A DNA stretch of 62,906 bases, filler included, from Octopus bimaculoides (Eukaryota): NCBI RefSeq assembly GCF_001194135.2. It is 8 parts of 7 records of this genome, joined end to end, with 100 filler letters (N's around TTAATTAATTAA, not from the genome) between each part and the next. Parts side by side here need not be neighbours in the genome. Positions count along the whole stretch, not along the records: positions 13,255 to 32,421 come from NC_068997.1; positions 32,522 to 38,171 come from NC_068990.1; 6 more parts are not named here. The stretch is one strand, 5' to 3'. The notes beneath the pieces were generated by a model, which did not search any database, was not told where the DNA came from, and worked only from the letters and a program-made list of their open reading frames with translations. Both the position numbers and the translations under genes were made by a program. This document shows, piece by piece, positions 25,455 through 37,982 of the stretch (position 1 is its first letter; the number at the start of each line of letters is the position of its first letter).

Positions 25455-27984
25455 TGGCCAAGTGATCAACCAGACTATTGGATATTGTTATACATCGCTG
25501 GTCACAATGCACTTCACATCATTTCAGCTTTCGAATGCTGCCACCCAACTGGCAAGACAGGCAGGCAGGCAGGCCAACGAAATTCCCCCAGAACAGGACA
25601 CTGATCAATTTTAGGGTCATCCATTTACAGCTGAGTGAACTTAAGCATCGTGAAATGAAGTATTTTGCTCAAGAACATAAGATGCCTCATGATTGTGGAT
25701 GCAACATACCTCACCGCTCTATATATTATTCATGCATGTGTGTGCATGCATGCAATATCCTGATGCACACTCACACACTCATTCACTCATATACCCTGGT
25801 CTATATATTGCTACTGACAAAACTCTGTTAGTTATCCATTGATTTTTTTGGTTTCTTTTTTAACCTGATGAGATTTTGCTTTGTCATCATTGCATGTAGA
25901 CGTGTGATAAAATGAGCTTTTTGTTACTTTAATTTGATGAAACAAATGAAAATCCATTTGGAAAAAAAGCTTTGATGAATTTATGTATGAGCAGTCATCA
26001 GCTAGTATCAATGTGAAAAGTGTAATAGAGAACAAAATCAATTTTTTTTTTATATTGATCATCAAACAGGGAGTAGCAGAGTCTAGAGGTGGTTTGAAGA
26101 AGGTGATGGTTGAGTAAGTAAGTGACATGGGAGATTGTAGAAAGCTTCTCTGAAGGTAAAAAGAGAAGAGAGAAATTAATAACCGTTAGAACATGACAGG
26201 GCCATTCTATCAGCCGAAAAGTTGAATGACGAAGAAGACAACTAGGCTGATCTGTTGGCCTGGTAATACAAGCTTCAAGATTAGCCAGCTGGTCTTTGTA
26301 CGTGCCAATCAGATTGCTTCTTGCATTTCTTGCAAACCTGGGCCTTTCACGATAGTTTGCTGTGTTCTGTGATTTTACATCGATTTTTTGGTGTTCCAAG
26401 TGAGCATTGTGAAATTTCACCATGTCTGATGAAAATATCCTTAGAAGTGCCTGATTTCTTCCAGTTTAGCATCAAATCTGACACTGAAACTGGTGAAAAC
26501 AATCAGGAGAGTAATGGAGAAGATCAAAATGATGAAGATAATGTTGTGAACGATTGGTTAAGGATTAGGAATACTGAACTAGAGAGAGACTCCAAGGGAA
26601 TTCTTCTAGAAATGTGCCACAAGGCATAAGTACCCAGAGGGAATTCTTCTAGAGATATGCCACAAGTCATAAGTATCCAAAGGGAATTCTTCTAGAAATG
26701 TGCCACAAGGCATAAGTACCCAAAGGGAATATTTTATGCTGGTTTTCACATGGAATCTCATTCAAATGTTTGTCAGAGAGACCAATAATTTGTCCTAAAC
26801 CAGGACTGCCATGTTTATGTTGGCAAACAATCTTTACTCCAAAGTATTGTTGCTGAATATCTCTCGTAGTGAGATTTAAAAATAGTAATTTTCTAACCAA
26901 TAAGTATGTTGCCAACTTTCTCAGGAATACTCAGCCCAAGAGGAGGTCCCAAGGTCGTAAATGGCTTTGTCCTCTTGGCACTGAAATGCTCTGTTTCCAA
27001 AAGGACAGCTGTTAGAGAGATTGTAAATTCTATGCAGTTGTTGCTACATTGTGTAAGAATAGTTTTAAAAAGTTTGGATTTGAACAAAGAGTAGCAAGAA
27101 AGAAGTCAACAGGGCTGAAGATATTAGTATGAAGGCAGATGAATTTTGCTTGTTAAAAGTATGGTGTGACAATAATGAAGTCTGCTAATTTTCCAGTTCA
27201 AGGCAGATCTAAGTGTGAGGTGGAACAAAACTGGAATACAGGAGCTGGATTGTTGGCAAGGAACAGTTTAATATGTAGAAATTATGGTATGGAGAGCAGT
27301 TTAGGTGACAAGTTGATCAGAGCTAATTTTTGTTGAAAACCATTTAAGTGATTCCAAATACTATTAAACATTTCAAATGGATCTTTCACACATCTATTCC
27401 AATGTAGGAACTTATGAGAGGAACAATGGACTTTTAAGGTGCCTTGGGACTGAATCTCTGGAATAGTTTACTGAAAATCCTAATCTTAATTTAGAAAACT
27501 TATGGAATTAGCTGGAAAGCAAGTTTAGCAAAAATTCCATTAATTACAAACTCTTCCTTGCTAAACTCCTTAATTTCAGTCCCTTACTTAGGTACTGGAA
27601 GCACTCATCTTCCATCTTCTCTTCATCCATATCGTGTCTCCATTTTCCTCTCAAGATTCCAGTCCTGACTACTTCACACAATCCTTCATAACCAGAATGA
27701 CAGCCATCTCATCCCCTCTGCCTTTATCTCCAGAAGACTTACAGATTTTCAATCCCATAAATCTCATAAAATCCATAAGCAGTGGTTCCTTTTTTCCTCT
27801 CTTAACAACAACATCACCATTTGGCAACAAAACATACTTTAAAGGATTCCCTTCTGTTACAAGCATTCAGGCCAGGTTTAGCAACTAAAAATAGATCGAT
27901 ATATCTTGACAAGACACTTCTTACTACAGCTGGTGCTCATTAGTCAGTTATGGGCATTCTCCTTTGTTCTCTGACTAAGTCAAA

Positions 27985-28059
<75 letters not shown>

Positions 28060-31023
28060 CCCTGAAAGTGCTGCTTTGAAGTGGGGAAGCCAGTAGCATG
28101 TTGGCTGGCCTGATTAACAGTTTTAGGTTTCCCAAGGTATGTAGTCACCAGGTAGTGTTTTGAATCTGCATACCTCTAAGGCAACAAACATAAATGGTTA
28201 ACACAAGAAATTCTTCCCTTGGGCAGTTTTAAAAAGAATTCTGGAAAAGATTTATTTCTTGGCAGCCTTAGAATATCAATTGAGCTCATTTCTCAGTGTG
28301 TGTGGGGGAGTCGGTGGGGTTTGGTTTAGAATATATTTCATACATCTTAAAGAACAGAGTACTATATGTTTCTCTCTCTCATCCCTCTTTCTCCTCCTCC
28401 CCCTCTCTCCTGTTCATTCTCTGTCTCTCTTTGTCTCTCTCTCAAGTGCTGCCTGAAAGAACATTTTCTGCGTCAAAAGAAAATACCTAGAAAATGCAGC
28501 ATTGCTATGGAATGTGGTTTGTCTATGGTTTAAATTTGATGGGAATCTGTCTGTCTATAAACACGCATACCATGCTTGTATATGTATATATAGTTTTGTA
28601 GATGCATATATAAATCCCTCCGTCCATCCATCCATCCATCCATCCACTTGTGATCACTCCAAACACCATGATGTTGAATGGATGTTTGATTTTTATCACT
28701 CTCGGTACACGTCCTCAGATTGCACTGTCCTCAGATTGCACTGTCCTCAGATTGCACTGTCCTCAGATTGCACTGTCTTCAGATTGACACCCGGACACTC
28801 TGAATCACCCATACAAACCTAATAATTCTCAACAGTTCAATGTATTTAACCCGGATTTCTGTAAATGTGAGTCTCTGTACCATCTCAAGTTTTTGCGAAA
28901 GCGGACACAGTCTTATTTACTGACACATGTTGTACAAATTGCACATGTTGGTCGAATAATTCTTCCTCTATGCAAACATTAGCCTCAACNNNNNNNNNNN
29001 NNNNNNNNNNNNNNNNNNNNNNNNNNNNNNNNNNNNNNNNNNNNNNNNNNNNNNNNNNNNNNNNNNNNNNNNNNNNNNNNNNNNNNNNNNNNNNNNNNNN
29101 NNNNNNNNNNNNNNNNNNNNNNNNNNNNNNNNNNNNNNNNNNNNNNNNNNNNNNNNNNNNNNNNNNNNNNNNNNNNNNNNNNNNNNNNNNNNNNNNNNNN
29201 NNNNNNNNNNNNNNNNNNNNNNNNNNNNNNNNNNNNNNNNNNNNNNNNNNNNNNNNNNNNNNNNNNNNNNNNNNNNNNNNNNNNNNNNNNNNNNNNNNNN
29301 NNNNNNNNNNTCTGAAGTTTTTCAGTGTCTCAACGTGCCGCTCAGTGTTCATTGTATAGTGACGCTCTGGAAAATCAAGGGAAAAAAAAACAACTCCCTT
29401 GTCTTGCCAAATTAAAAAGTCACATGATTTCCTTTGCCGATCTCTTGTTCTTGAACCTCTTAGGCCATGGAGAAAAGGTGGGAACCATTCTATGGACTGA
29501 GTCTTCGTTACTGGATCATGAAGAAATAACTACGTTTCGTTTCTTGTCACCAGATCGGAAACATTTGTCTTTATTTGCTTTAAATGCTTCCAGAAGATCA
29601 AAGCAGATTTCCATCCTTTTCTCCTTCAAATCGGGTGTGAAATGCCAAGGTACACATTTTTCACAGGTTCCGATGCCCAGCGTCTTCCACCATTTTCTGT
29701 AATGCATTGTAATGAGAGTTCAATTATGCAGTTGACTAACACACTGTGAGTCGTATGTCTGCGCAAATCATTTCGGTCACACGCTGGTGATTCGTGGCAG
29801 TGATCGATGTTGAAGCTCTCCCTCCGTGTTGTTTACCCTTTCTTTAAACTTCTTCATCCACCTGTACACATTGCTCTTGTGAACAGAGACATCTACACAA
29901 ATGACCTGCAGCCTTTCTGTGGATGCTGGACAGTCTGCATCCCTCCTTCGTCGAGAACTCAATGACGAGACGCTGCTTTTGCTTAAGACTCATCATCTGC
30001 CTGTAATAAAGGCGAACAAAAAGAAATTCTATAGAAGAGTTGCACTACCGACATGTGCAACTAGAACGACCCATATCAGCCAAGGCCGGCTCAAGGTACC
30101 GGCAACTCGGCAAGTCCCCCAGGGTGCCATGTGCTAGGGGGTGCCAAGTGCTAGGGGGTGCCAAAGAGGACCTAACAAGAGCGAACAGACTTGTGCAATT
30201 CTGGCAGATCTGTGCACGACAACCACCACGTCAAAATATTGAGTATACGATGGACCAAGACAACAATGGAGCATCTATAACAAATCTCCCTCAAATCGCA
30301 ACTCATCATCTTGAGAAAATGAAGGTAATACATTGGCTAATATATCGATATCCTTAAAACAACGGGATGATCACGACTGGAGCGAATAACTTTGATCATA
30401 GCCCTACTTGATCAGGTTGATTTGGAGGCTACATAACACAACTGTGAAATGTGAATCAACCCATAAAAACCTTAAACAAAATGAGGACAAATATGCATCA
30501 AATGTAAATAATGTAAATAATGTACATAATTCCTCACCTCTTAAATATAGAACTGTATTATCAAAATTTAAAGTTTCACAACAAATTATCCCAGAATGTC
30601 TCTTACATTGGCAGAAGGCACGCTAACAATTATTATTATTATTATCATTTATAAAATAGAGAAACATTTGATTAAGTTATATGACTTTAGAACTAATAAC
30701 ATGGAACATGGAAAAGAGAAATGTTAGAGTAACAAAATTTTGGCGTTAAAATCAAGTCTTACTTCTGAAAATCCTGTAGACACAGCTGACTGTTGTTGGG
30801 CCACAGGCATAGCATGGTGGAATCCACTGTGCATATTCGATCGACGCCAGTTCTGCCAGTGACTGAAGAAATCATCCATCATTGGAGATATTCCGAAATG
30901 TTGATCAGAGAGTCGGGAAAATGGCGGCATATCAGTCCATGGGTCCTCCCAGATGCTCCACGAAGGCATTCTGTTATACAGCGGTGTCAGGGATCGTGAG
31001 TAGGGATAATGAGGATTTGCCAT
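22336..31023 (-). CDS. Small heat shock protein (HSP20/alpha-crystallin domain; l(2)efl/CRYAB/HSPB1-like), 3 coding exons join(30763..31023, 24808..24984, 22336..22470), 190 aa
   Basis: The spliced product has an N-terminal WEDPW and SRLSDQHFG (cf. SRLFDQxFG), an alpha-crystallin domain ([51 protein letters not shown]...VTSVLASDGVLTI) and a C-terminal IXI motif (ERVIPIT). All junctions are GT-AG and phase 0; exons encode 87+59+44 aa. Confidence 0.95.
23507..24738 (+). mobile_element. Near full-length degraded DD34D mariner in sHSP intron 2 (antisense to the gene)
   Basis: ATG at 23633 to TAA at 24661, with WVPHKL, TGDE and YSPDIAPSDYH motifs; right TIR 24707-24736 + TA; left TIR only partly preserved (ATAATGCGGTTTT 23507-23519); several stops and frameshifts. 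Confidence 0.92.
24808..24984 (-). CDS. sHSP coding exon 2 (VSNDEK...YLLPR, 59 aa; core of the alpha-crystallin domain)
   Basis: Acceptor TTTTCCAG|GTG; donor AGG|GTAAAT; 177 nt; conserved REFxRxYxLP. Confidence 0.95.
26596..26727 (+). repeat. 43-bp tandem repeat x3 in sHSP intron 1
   Basis: GGGAATTCTTCTAGAAATGTGCCACAAGGCATAAGTACCCAAA units start at 26596, 26639 and 26682. Confidence 0.95.
28711..28786 (+). repeat. 16-bp minisatellite GTCCTCAGATTGCACT x4 plus a partial variant
   Basis: Four exact copies at 28711-28774. Confidence 0.95.
28850..29996 (-). mobile_element. Degraded mariner-type transposase remnant in sHSP intron 1 (interrupted by N gap 28990-29310)
   Basis: KQRLVIEF, KSNVYRWMKKFKE, CVPWHFTPDLKEKRMEIC, DPVTKTQSIEW, PKRFK, NTERHVETLK resemble mariner transposase segments. 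Confidence 0.75.
30763..31023 (-). CDS. sHSP coding exon 1 (MANPHY...STGFSE, 87 aa)
   Basis: ATG at 31023; donor GAA|GTAAGA at 30762; 261 nt. Confidence 0.92.
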
Positions 31024-31375
31024 TCTTGTGATTTCAAATTTTCACTGGTAACCAAACAAATATACTGCCAATAACTTGCAGAAAATTCTTCTCTCAGCAA
31101 TGGCAATTCTGCGGCGGCTGTTTTAGTTGTTGTCTTAATATAAAGTGTGTTCTGTGACTCAAACAGAACTACAGGTGGCTTTCTTTGTAGAAATTTCGGT
31201 TAGAAGCAATATTCCAATTTATAACAGCAGCAGTTAACAAAAACAAGGGAGAGAGAGAGAGAGAGAGAAGGGGAGGGAGAGAAAGAGGCAGACTGAATCC
31301 GTGTGTGTGTGTAGTGCATGCGTCACTCAGCGCCTCACCCCCGCCTCTTCCCCTTTCCGTTTCTAACCAATATCT
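31024..31375 (-). promoter_or_regulatory. Probable 5'UTR/proximal promoter of the sHSP gene
   Basis: TATA-like TATATTAA at 31135-31142 (minus), AP-1 TGACTCA 31155-31161, imperfect HSE TTG-ta-GAA-at-TTC 31185-31197, (GA)n 31249-31268, CRE-like TGACGCA 31319-31325, GC box 31339-31347, CCAAT 31367-31371. The TSS is not determinable from sequence. Confidence 0.55.
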
Positions 31376-31679
31376 ATTCCACTCTTAAAAACTTCTTCCT
31401 TTGCTTACATTATTCCCATTCCATCTTCTAGTTAACCTTTGTACATTTATTTTTAAAAACGGGGTCAGCAAATATTTCTATCCATTTACCTGTCTATTTA
31501 TCTATCTACCTATCTACGAGTCAATCAACATGTCTGTCTGCCTACCTGGTTGTTTGTCAGTCTGTCTGTATGTCTGCTTAACTAGCTAGTTAGCGCTAAC
31601 TAGTACTATAACTATGCATATAGATTCACTTGATAGAAATGCGCATGTGAGGTCGTATGTTACTGTGTGTGTGTGTGTG

Positions 31680-31733
<54 letters not shown>

Positions 31734-31778
31734 GGACACACATATATATGTATATTATATGTTATTCTTTTTCTCTTT

Positions 31779-32176
31779 TACTCTTTTACTTGTTTTAGTC
31801 ATTTGACTGCGGTCATGCTGGAGCACTGCCTTTAGTCGAGCAAATCGACCCCAGAGTTTATTCTTTGTAAGCCTAGTACTTATTCTATCGGTCACTTTTG
31901 CCGAACCACTAAGTTACGGAGACGTAAACACACCAGCATCGGTTGTCAAGCGATGTTGGGGGGACAAACACAGATACACAAACATATACACACACATATA
32001 CATATATATACATATACGACGGGCTTTCTCCAGTTTCCGCCTTCCAAATCCACTCACAAGGGCATTGATCGGTCCGAGGCTATAGTAGAAGACACTTGCC
32101 CAAGGTGCCACGCAGTGGGACTGAACCCGGAACCATGTGATTGGTAAGCATGCTACTTACCACACAGCCACTCCTG
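31779..32176 (-). mobile_element. SINE family A, full length, about 750 bp upstream of the sHSP ATG
   Basis: Complete head (AGGAGTGGCTGTGTGGTAAG; GGTTCAGTCCC) through the CTTTTACT tail. Confidence 0.9.
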
Positions 32177-32216
32177 CTATTTACTATTTATTATTTAATT
32201 GAATGCGACGCATCCG

Positions 32217-32252
<36 letters not shown>

Positions 32253-32521
32253 GAAAATATATAAACAATATATGAGTATATGCATATATATGTACATGTA
32301 TGTATATACGTTCATCTACATGTACATATAGATACATAACTGGGTACATGACGTGGCAAAGGAACAAGGACAAAATGGTAAACAAGGTGCAACAAACAAG
32401 CAGGCCACATAGAAACATCCCNNNNNNNNNNNNNNNNNNNNNNNNNNNNNNNNNNNNNNNNNNNNTTAATTAATTAANNNNNNNNNNNNNNNNNNNNNNN
32501 NNNNNNNNNNNNNNNNNNNNN

Positions 32522-32708
32522 CGTGCGGGTGACACGTAAAAGCACCCACTACACTCTCTGAGTGGTTGGCGTTAGGAAGGGCATCCAGCTGTAGAAACTC
32601 TGCCAAATCAGACTGGAGCCTGGTGTTGCCATCCGGTTTCACCAGTCCTCAGTCAAATCGTCCAACCCATGCTAGCATGGAAAGCGGACGTTAAACGATG
32701 ATGATGAT
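32522..32708 (+). mobile_element. SINE/LINE-tail family D with RTE-type 3' end and (GAT)n tail
   Basis: GGCGTTAGGAAGGGCATCCAGCTGTAGAAA...CATGGAAAGCGGACGTTAAACGATGATGATG. Confidence 0.85.
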
Positions 32709-34849
32709 TAGTTTCAGAATTAAATCACCATAAAGACCTAGCTCTGTTAAAATGATTTTTCTGGATTAGGTACAGGATTACCTTTTACAGAGGAAGGCAT
32801 CTATTCCCAATGTATTACTGATAGTTGTTGTTTCAGATCTAAGTCAGATGCTCTGTAATCAAAGGCATTCTTGATATGACCATGTAATCTTTTATTCAGA
32901 TATTTAACCCATTACCTCCCATAATTCTATTAACTGGAATTTTTTTATGAAACTTTGATTTCTAGCATAAAACAGCCTTAGAAACACGCTGGAATGATCA
33001 AAATAACATTTCAAAATAACATTTTAAATAGAAATAAGCGAGATATTGGGTGAAAAATTAGCAAACCTCATTTGAATATCAGAGAAATATATACCTTAGT
33101 AGATATAGAAAAAAGGTTAGATATGTGTAAATATTGACAGATAATTATGAAATTTGTAATTTTTAAGGGATCTCATATGAGATCACTAGTAGGTAATGGG
33201 TTAAGTGTTTTAAAATATCTAGGACTACATTATCTGATGCATCCTTCACTTTTTTCAAGATGGTAGGTTTGTGGGAAGTTTGGCTGGTATTTCAAACCAG
33301 TTGAGCCATTATGTTGGAGTTCCTTTGTTGAGTTGTTTTATTGATTCCAGAAAAATAAAATCCAAACCCAACCCCAATAATATTCAGAACATAGACAGAT
33401 TAATGTAAATACTATACAGGATGTAGTATGGTTGTTAATGATTTCTGCCAAGGGCAGATATTTTGTAAGGTAGTGGTTGTCAATTGAAAACCACTCCCAT
33501 CAATGCCTGACTGGTATTTATTTTATCAGCCTCAGAAAGTTGGGAAAACAAAATCAACCCAAAGCAGGCATAGAGAAACAAAAATAAAACATTGTTGCTA
33601 TACCATTTGTCACCACATCACATGAGGGATGCTGGAAATGAGTATGCTTGAACTGTATTAAGTTTAGTCATCAGAAATAGCAGTCACTGTATGTATTAGA
33701 AAATGGTGAAGTTACAGCTTGATGGTAGAATAAGCATAGATGGAAAAGTGCCATTAGGTTTGGTAGACCAAACATGGAGTAGAATCTTGAAATAACCTGA
33801 GAGAATTTAAACTTGAAAAGGAATTAAATGAAGGAGATTGCTAGAAAAATACAATATCTAAATCATTTCCTGTGTTCTTTGGATATACTTGTATTTCTAT
33901 AGATTACACATATATACACACATCTTTCACTATTGATTAAAAACATCTCTATTAGGTGAACCTTGAAGTCATTAAAAGTAGTGGGTAATTTCTGATATTA
34001 ACACTTTCTAATGGTACATACATACTTGAAACATTTTCACAGTTCTAGCCAACTTAGTCAAACTTGTGCCAAAAAGTGCTCAATTATTTTCAGTTCCCTC
34101 CCTGTTGTCTAGACTGTATATTTTAAGATTTACTTTAGGGATAATTATGGTGTGGAAGTTGTAAAGACGAATAATACTAACTACTTATTTTTATCAAATA
34201 GATATTAGAGTACCCATTATTGATAAGAATACTAGAATCAGCTCTTAATCTAAAGTTTTTGAATATTAGCTGAGAATCTTTGTGTACTGGTCAGATTAGT
34301 GTTGATTGGCAAATTATAAATAGCCAACCACTGAAAATGACACTTCTAATAAAATAAATGTGTTAACTTGAGCTGCTTATACAGTAAAGAATATGAACTT
34401 CTTGAATGGATTGCAGTTATACATAGTTACTAAATATAATTATCTAAGTGACATAATTTGTGCTAAAGGTGATGCTAGTGTTAGCATTATGGTTAGAATT
34501 TAGATTGCAGGGATAAAATTGTGAAAACAACTTCCTCAGTTAGAAGTTTTTCTTCTCATATTAAAAGCAGGTTATATGAAAACATGATGCTGCATAATGA
34601 TAAAAAATAAACAAACAATGTAGAAAGTCTACAATGATTGCTGAAGAAACAGCTGAATGTAATAAACCTTGTTGGAGTATATTACACAAATTTAGGAGAA
34701 ATTGTGAGTGCAATGAATTCAGGAAGTAACAAAGGCTTGGCTTATAATAGGTTTGGTGTTTGGTTAGGTATGGTCTTGTAATATGAATGAATGATACTTG
34801 CTAGATCAGTCTTAGAGATGTTAGGCCTTACTGATTAGATGCCAGAAGA

Positions 34850-36900
34850 TTAAAACAGCAGAGATAAATTATGGTGTTTTGCTATTGTAGTCTCAACAAT
34901 AATTTCACTATTTAAAGAATGCAATTTCCTTTTCAAGCCACAACATTTGTTTCAAATGCCAATGAATTCTGCAATTTTATCAGTGTTTCAGTATCCTCTG
35001 CCAATTCTCTGCTAATGGACAGCTTACAACTATCACCTCTGTTGTATAGCATATCTATCTTCTTAGGCCTCTCCGGAAAACCCCTCATGCTCATTGCAGT
35101 TTAATTTATTTGCATTCAGAGAAGTTGTTTACCTCCTAAGTGGTTCCTTATTTTTGTCTCTAATTCTCAGTTCTTTACCTGTAAAGATGAGCTTAACATT
35201 TCATTCCTTCATTGTTTATAAAATATTGTTAATGTTGTTGCTTAACTCCATCTCAATGTGTGTAATGTTGCTGTACCTCATTTTGTATCCTTTTTTTTTT
35301 TTGCATATTTTCTGCATTTGCTCAATATGTGCTTAATGCTTTAGGCTTTTTCACCTCAGTATATATAAAGGTGATACAATATTATTAATGTAACATTTCA
35401 AAACATTTATTCTAAGTGGTTGATCTCATGCTGCATAGATTAATGGTTCAATTCCAACTTTTAGATCTGATTTTTGCATCTACTCTCATGCTTCTTGCTT
35501 ATCTTCAATATCTTTGATAAACTGCACTTTTCTATTTCAACATGTCTCTTTTGCCTCTATCCTGACCCTTGTATTTGTCCCTATCACTGTAATCTGCTGT
35601 GTCTGTCACACTAGAGACTTCAGCACCAACTAATATTTTTCAGCTATTAGTACTTACCATCCTTGATTATTTTCTTCACTCCTTATACATTACTCTCAAC
35701 TGATCAAACCTCTTCTATTTTCCCTGTGTAAACCAGGTCTTTCTCACTTCTAGTGTTTTTATTCCATTTTAGTATTCCTGCTACTTACCATATCCTAATA
35801 TTGCCAATGTGTTTCTGTTTTATTGCTAATGTTATATTTTTGTTTTCCATTTAATTTTGACCAATTTTATTCTTCTTTGAAATTCTTTTCTAAATAATTC
35901 CTCCATTTCAATCTCCTTCATTTTACCAGCTTTTAGTATCCTTAAGTACTTGTCCATTCTCCTCTTTTCTCCTTCTTTATTTAAACACGATATAGCACTG
36001 TCTCATGTATTGACACAATCTTTCTTCTTCAGTTTAAGTATACCACTTTTCTTTATCCTGAATTCTATTCCCATGTTTATACTTAGTAAATGAACAGTTT
36101 TTAACTAAAGAATCTGTTTACTTTCCCAAACAGTTTAAGATCATTCACAATCAAAAGATAGTTGATTTTAAATTGTTTTCTCATTCATACTGAACTGCTG
36201 TTTTTCACAATATCATCAGTATCGTACACATTTCAAGCAATAAAAGTGACATCCTATTCCTTAGATCCCTGTTTGTATCTGAACTTCTCCAAGTACCTGC
36301 CCTGTTAATTCAGTCTTTCGTATACTTTTATTCATATATATAATCTGTCCATGCCACTGTTAAAATTGGTATTTTACCTATAACAATCTTTCAGCTTTAA
36401 TTTGTCAATCTGCAGTTGATCTCTGGTCCTTCTGCTATTTTTACAACATTAATATTCATCAGTTAGTATTTGCTGTTCCTCCAGAAAGGAATGCATACTT
36501 TCTGGCATCATTCTAGTTTGTAATTTCCGCAAAAGTGGAATATAATATTGGACAGAAATTTCCTTTTTGCCAGTTCTTTATTATTCGAGATGTTATCTTG
36601 TTGTAAGGCAATTCTTTCATGCAGTGAATTTCTTCAACCAGTGAGCTTGAACACTGTCATGCTCCTGTACTTTCAAACTGGGGATTCTTTGACTTTGTTT
36701 ACTAAGCATTTTATCAACTTGTATATTATTTTGAGTTGTAACCACTTTTTCCTGTATTAATTCTTCTAGCCATCCAGTTTCACATTGTGCTCTTTTTCAT
36801 GTCACCAAATGTCATACCAAAACCTCTTAATTCCTTTTGCATCAAGAATCACTCTTTCATGTCTGATACTTTCATTTAACTCTTGCTACAGTTTTTCTGG
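34850..36900 (-). mobile_element. Degraded R4/Dong-like (RLE-type) non-LTR retrotransposon, RT region
   Basis: Frameshifted minus-strand pieces RFWYDIW, QAHWLKKFT, RRTRDQLQIDK, GEVQIQTG and NYLLIVNDLKLFGK correspond to WLKKF, GTKDQLLIDK, GIFQGD and HLLFMDDLKL motifs. Confidence 0.78.
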
Positions 36901-37917
36901 TTCATACTGAATGCATGGTTTTGTCTATACCAATTTATTGCTTCTCATTTACATAAAGCTTAAGAGATTAGGCAGAAATAGAAATGATAGCTTGTTAGAA
37001 ACAGTTTTATGAATATATTCAAGTAAACCATTCCTGATTTCATGATGCAAAGTTTTTTTCTTCTTTTTTTTTTTACTTAGCATGAAACTGATTTTTATTG
37101 AACAGGACTATTGTCTATTGATCTGCCTCAGTATAATTAGTGGTACTAATTTTAACTCTCCTCCTAGGGTTCAAAGATAAGTCAATCCTAGCAACATTTG
37201 AACACGTTTAAGGGGAGAAAAACAAGAATACTGTAAAGCTTTTAATCCTGCCACTCAAAGAGTGGGAAATATGGAACATTTGAAGTTGAACAAATATCTG
37301 TTTTTATAGTACAGAAAAAAAATCTCCATTTTAAATTGCAATTTACATTTATAGCTCTTCAGGTATTTAATTTATCAACACTGACATAAATAGGACTTTG
37401 AAGATTACCTTGAAATGAAATTTTTCTTTTTTTTTTTTCTGACTGTATATAAGAACGTATCTATCAATCCCCACAAGTAAATCTAGTATTATGTATTTTA
37501 CTTCAAGTTTGCCTTCATAAACATAAACATGGTGGCTACTGAAGTGATTCAGAAAGACACATTTGCTGGCACATAAAAACCAATGACTATTGGAAAAGCT
37601 AAAAAGATGAATTAATATTATCATTAAAAAAAATTTTTTTTATTTAAGTATAAAAAAACTACTATATTAAAATATGCATGTAATAAACTTGTATTCAGTT
37701 CCTGTTGATGTGGAATAATAATAAATCTTTGACAAAGTTCTTCTTATCTGATTTTCAATAGCTATATCTTGAAAATATATACTTTTGACTGCTATTACAT
37801 TTCCATATTTTAATCTGTGCTTAGAAAATTATTCCTATTCGTTCCAGTTTTAAAATGTCATTGAACTTTTCTATAAAGCAATTCATCATCCAACATTCAA
37901 CAACTGGGTGTGGACTC

Positions 37918-37919
37918 CG

Positions 37920-37982
<63 letters not shown>

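Noticed and set aside
25830-27900. Possible degraded LINE in sHSP intron 1
   Set aside because: Only vague resemblances (e.g. RERPR..TYKDQL); no unambiguous RT or endonuclease motif by eye. A profile search is needed.
26596-28786. Tandem 43-bp and 16-bp repeats as CRISPR-like arrays
   Set aside because: Units are contiguous with no unique spacers, there are no cas genes, and the context is eukaryotic.
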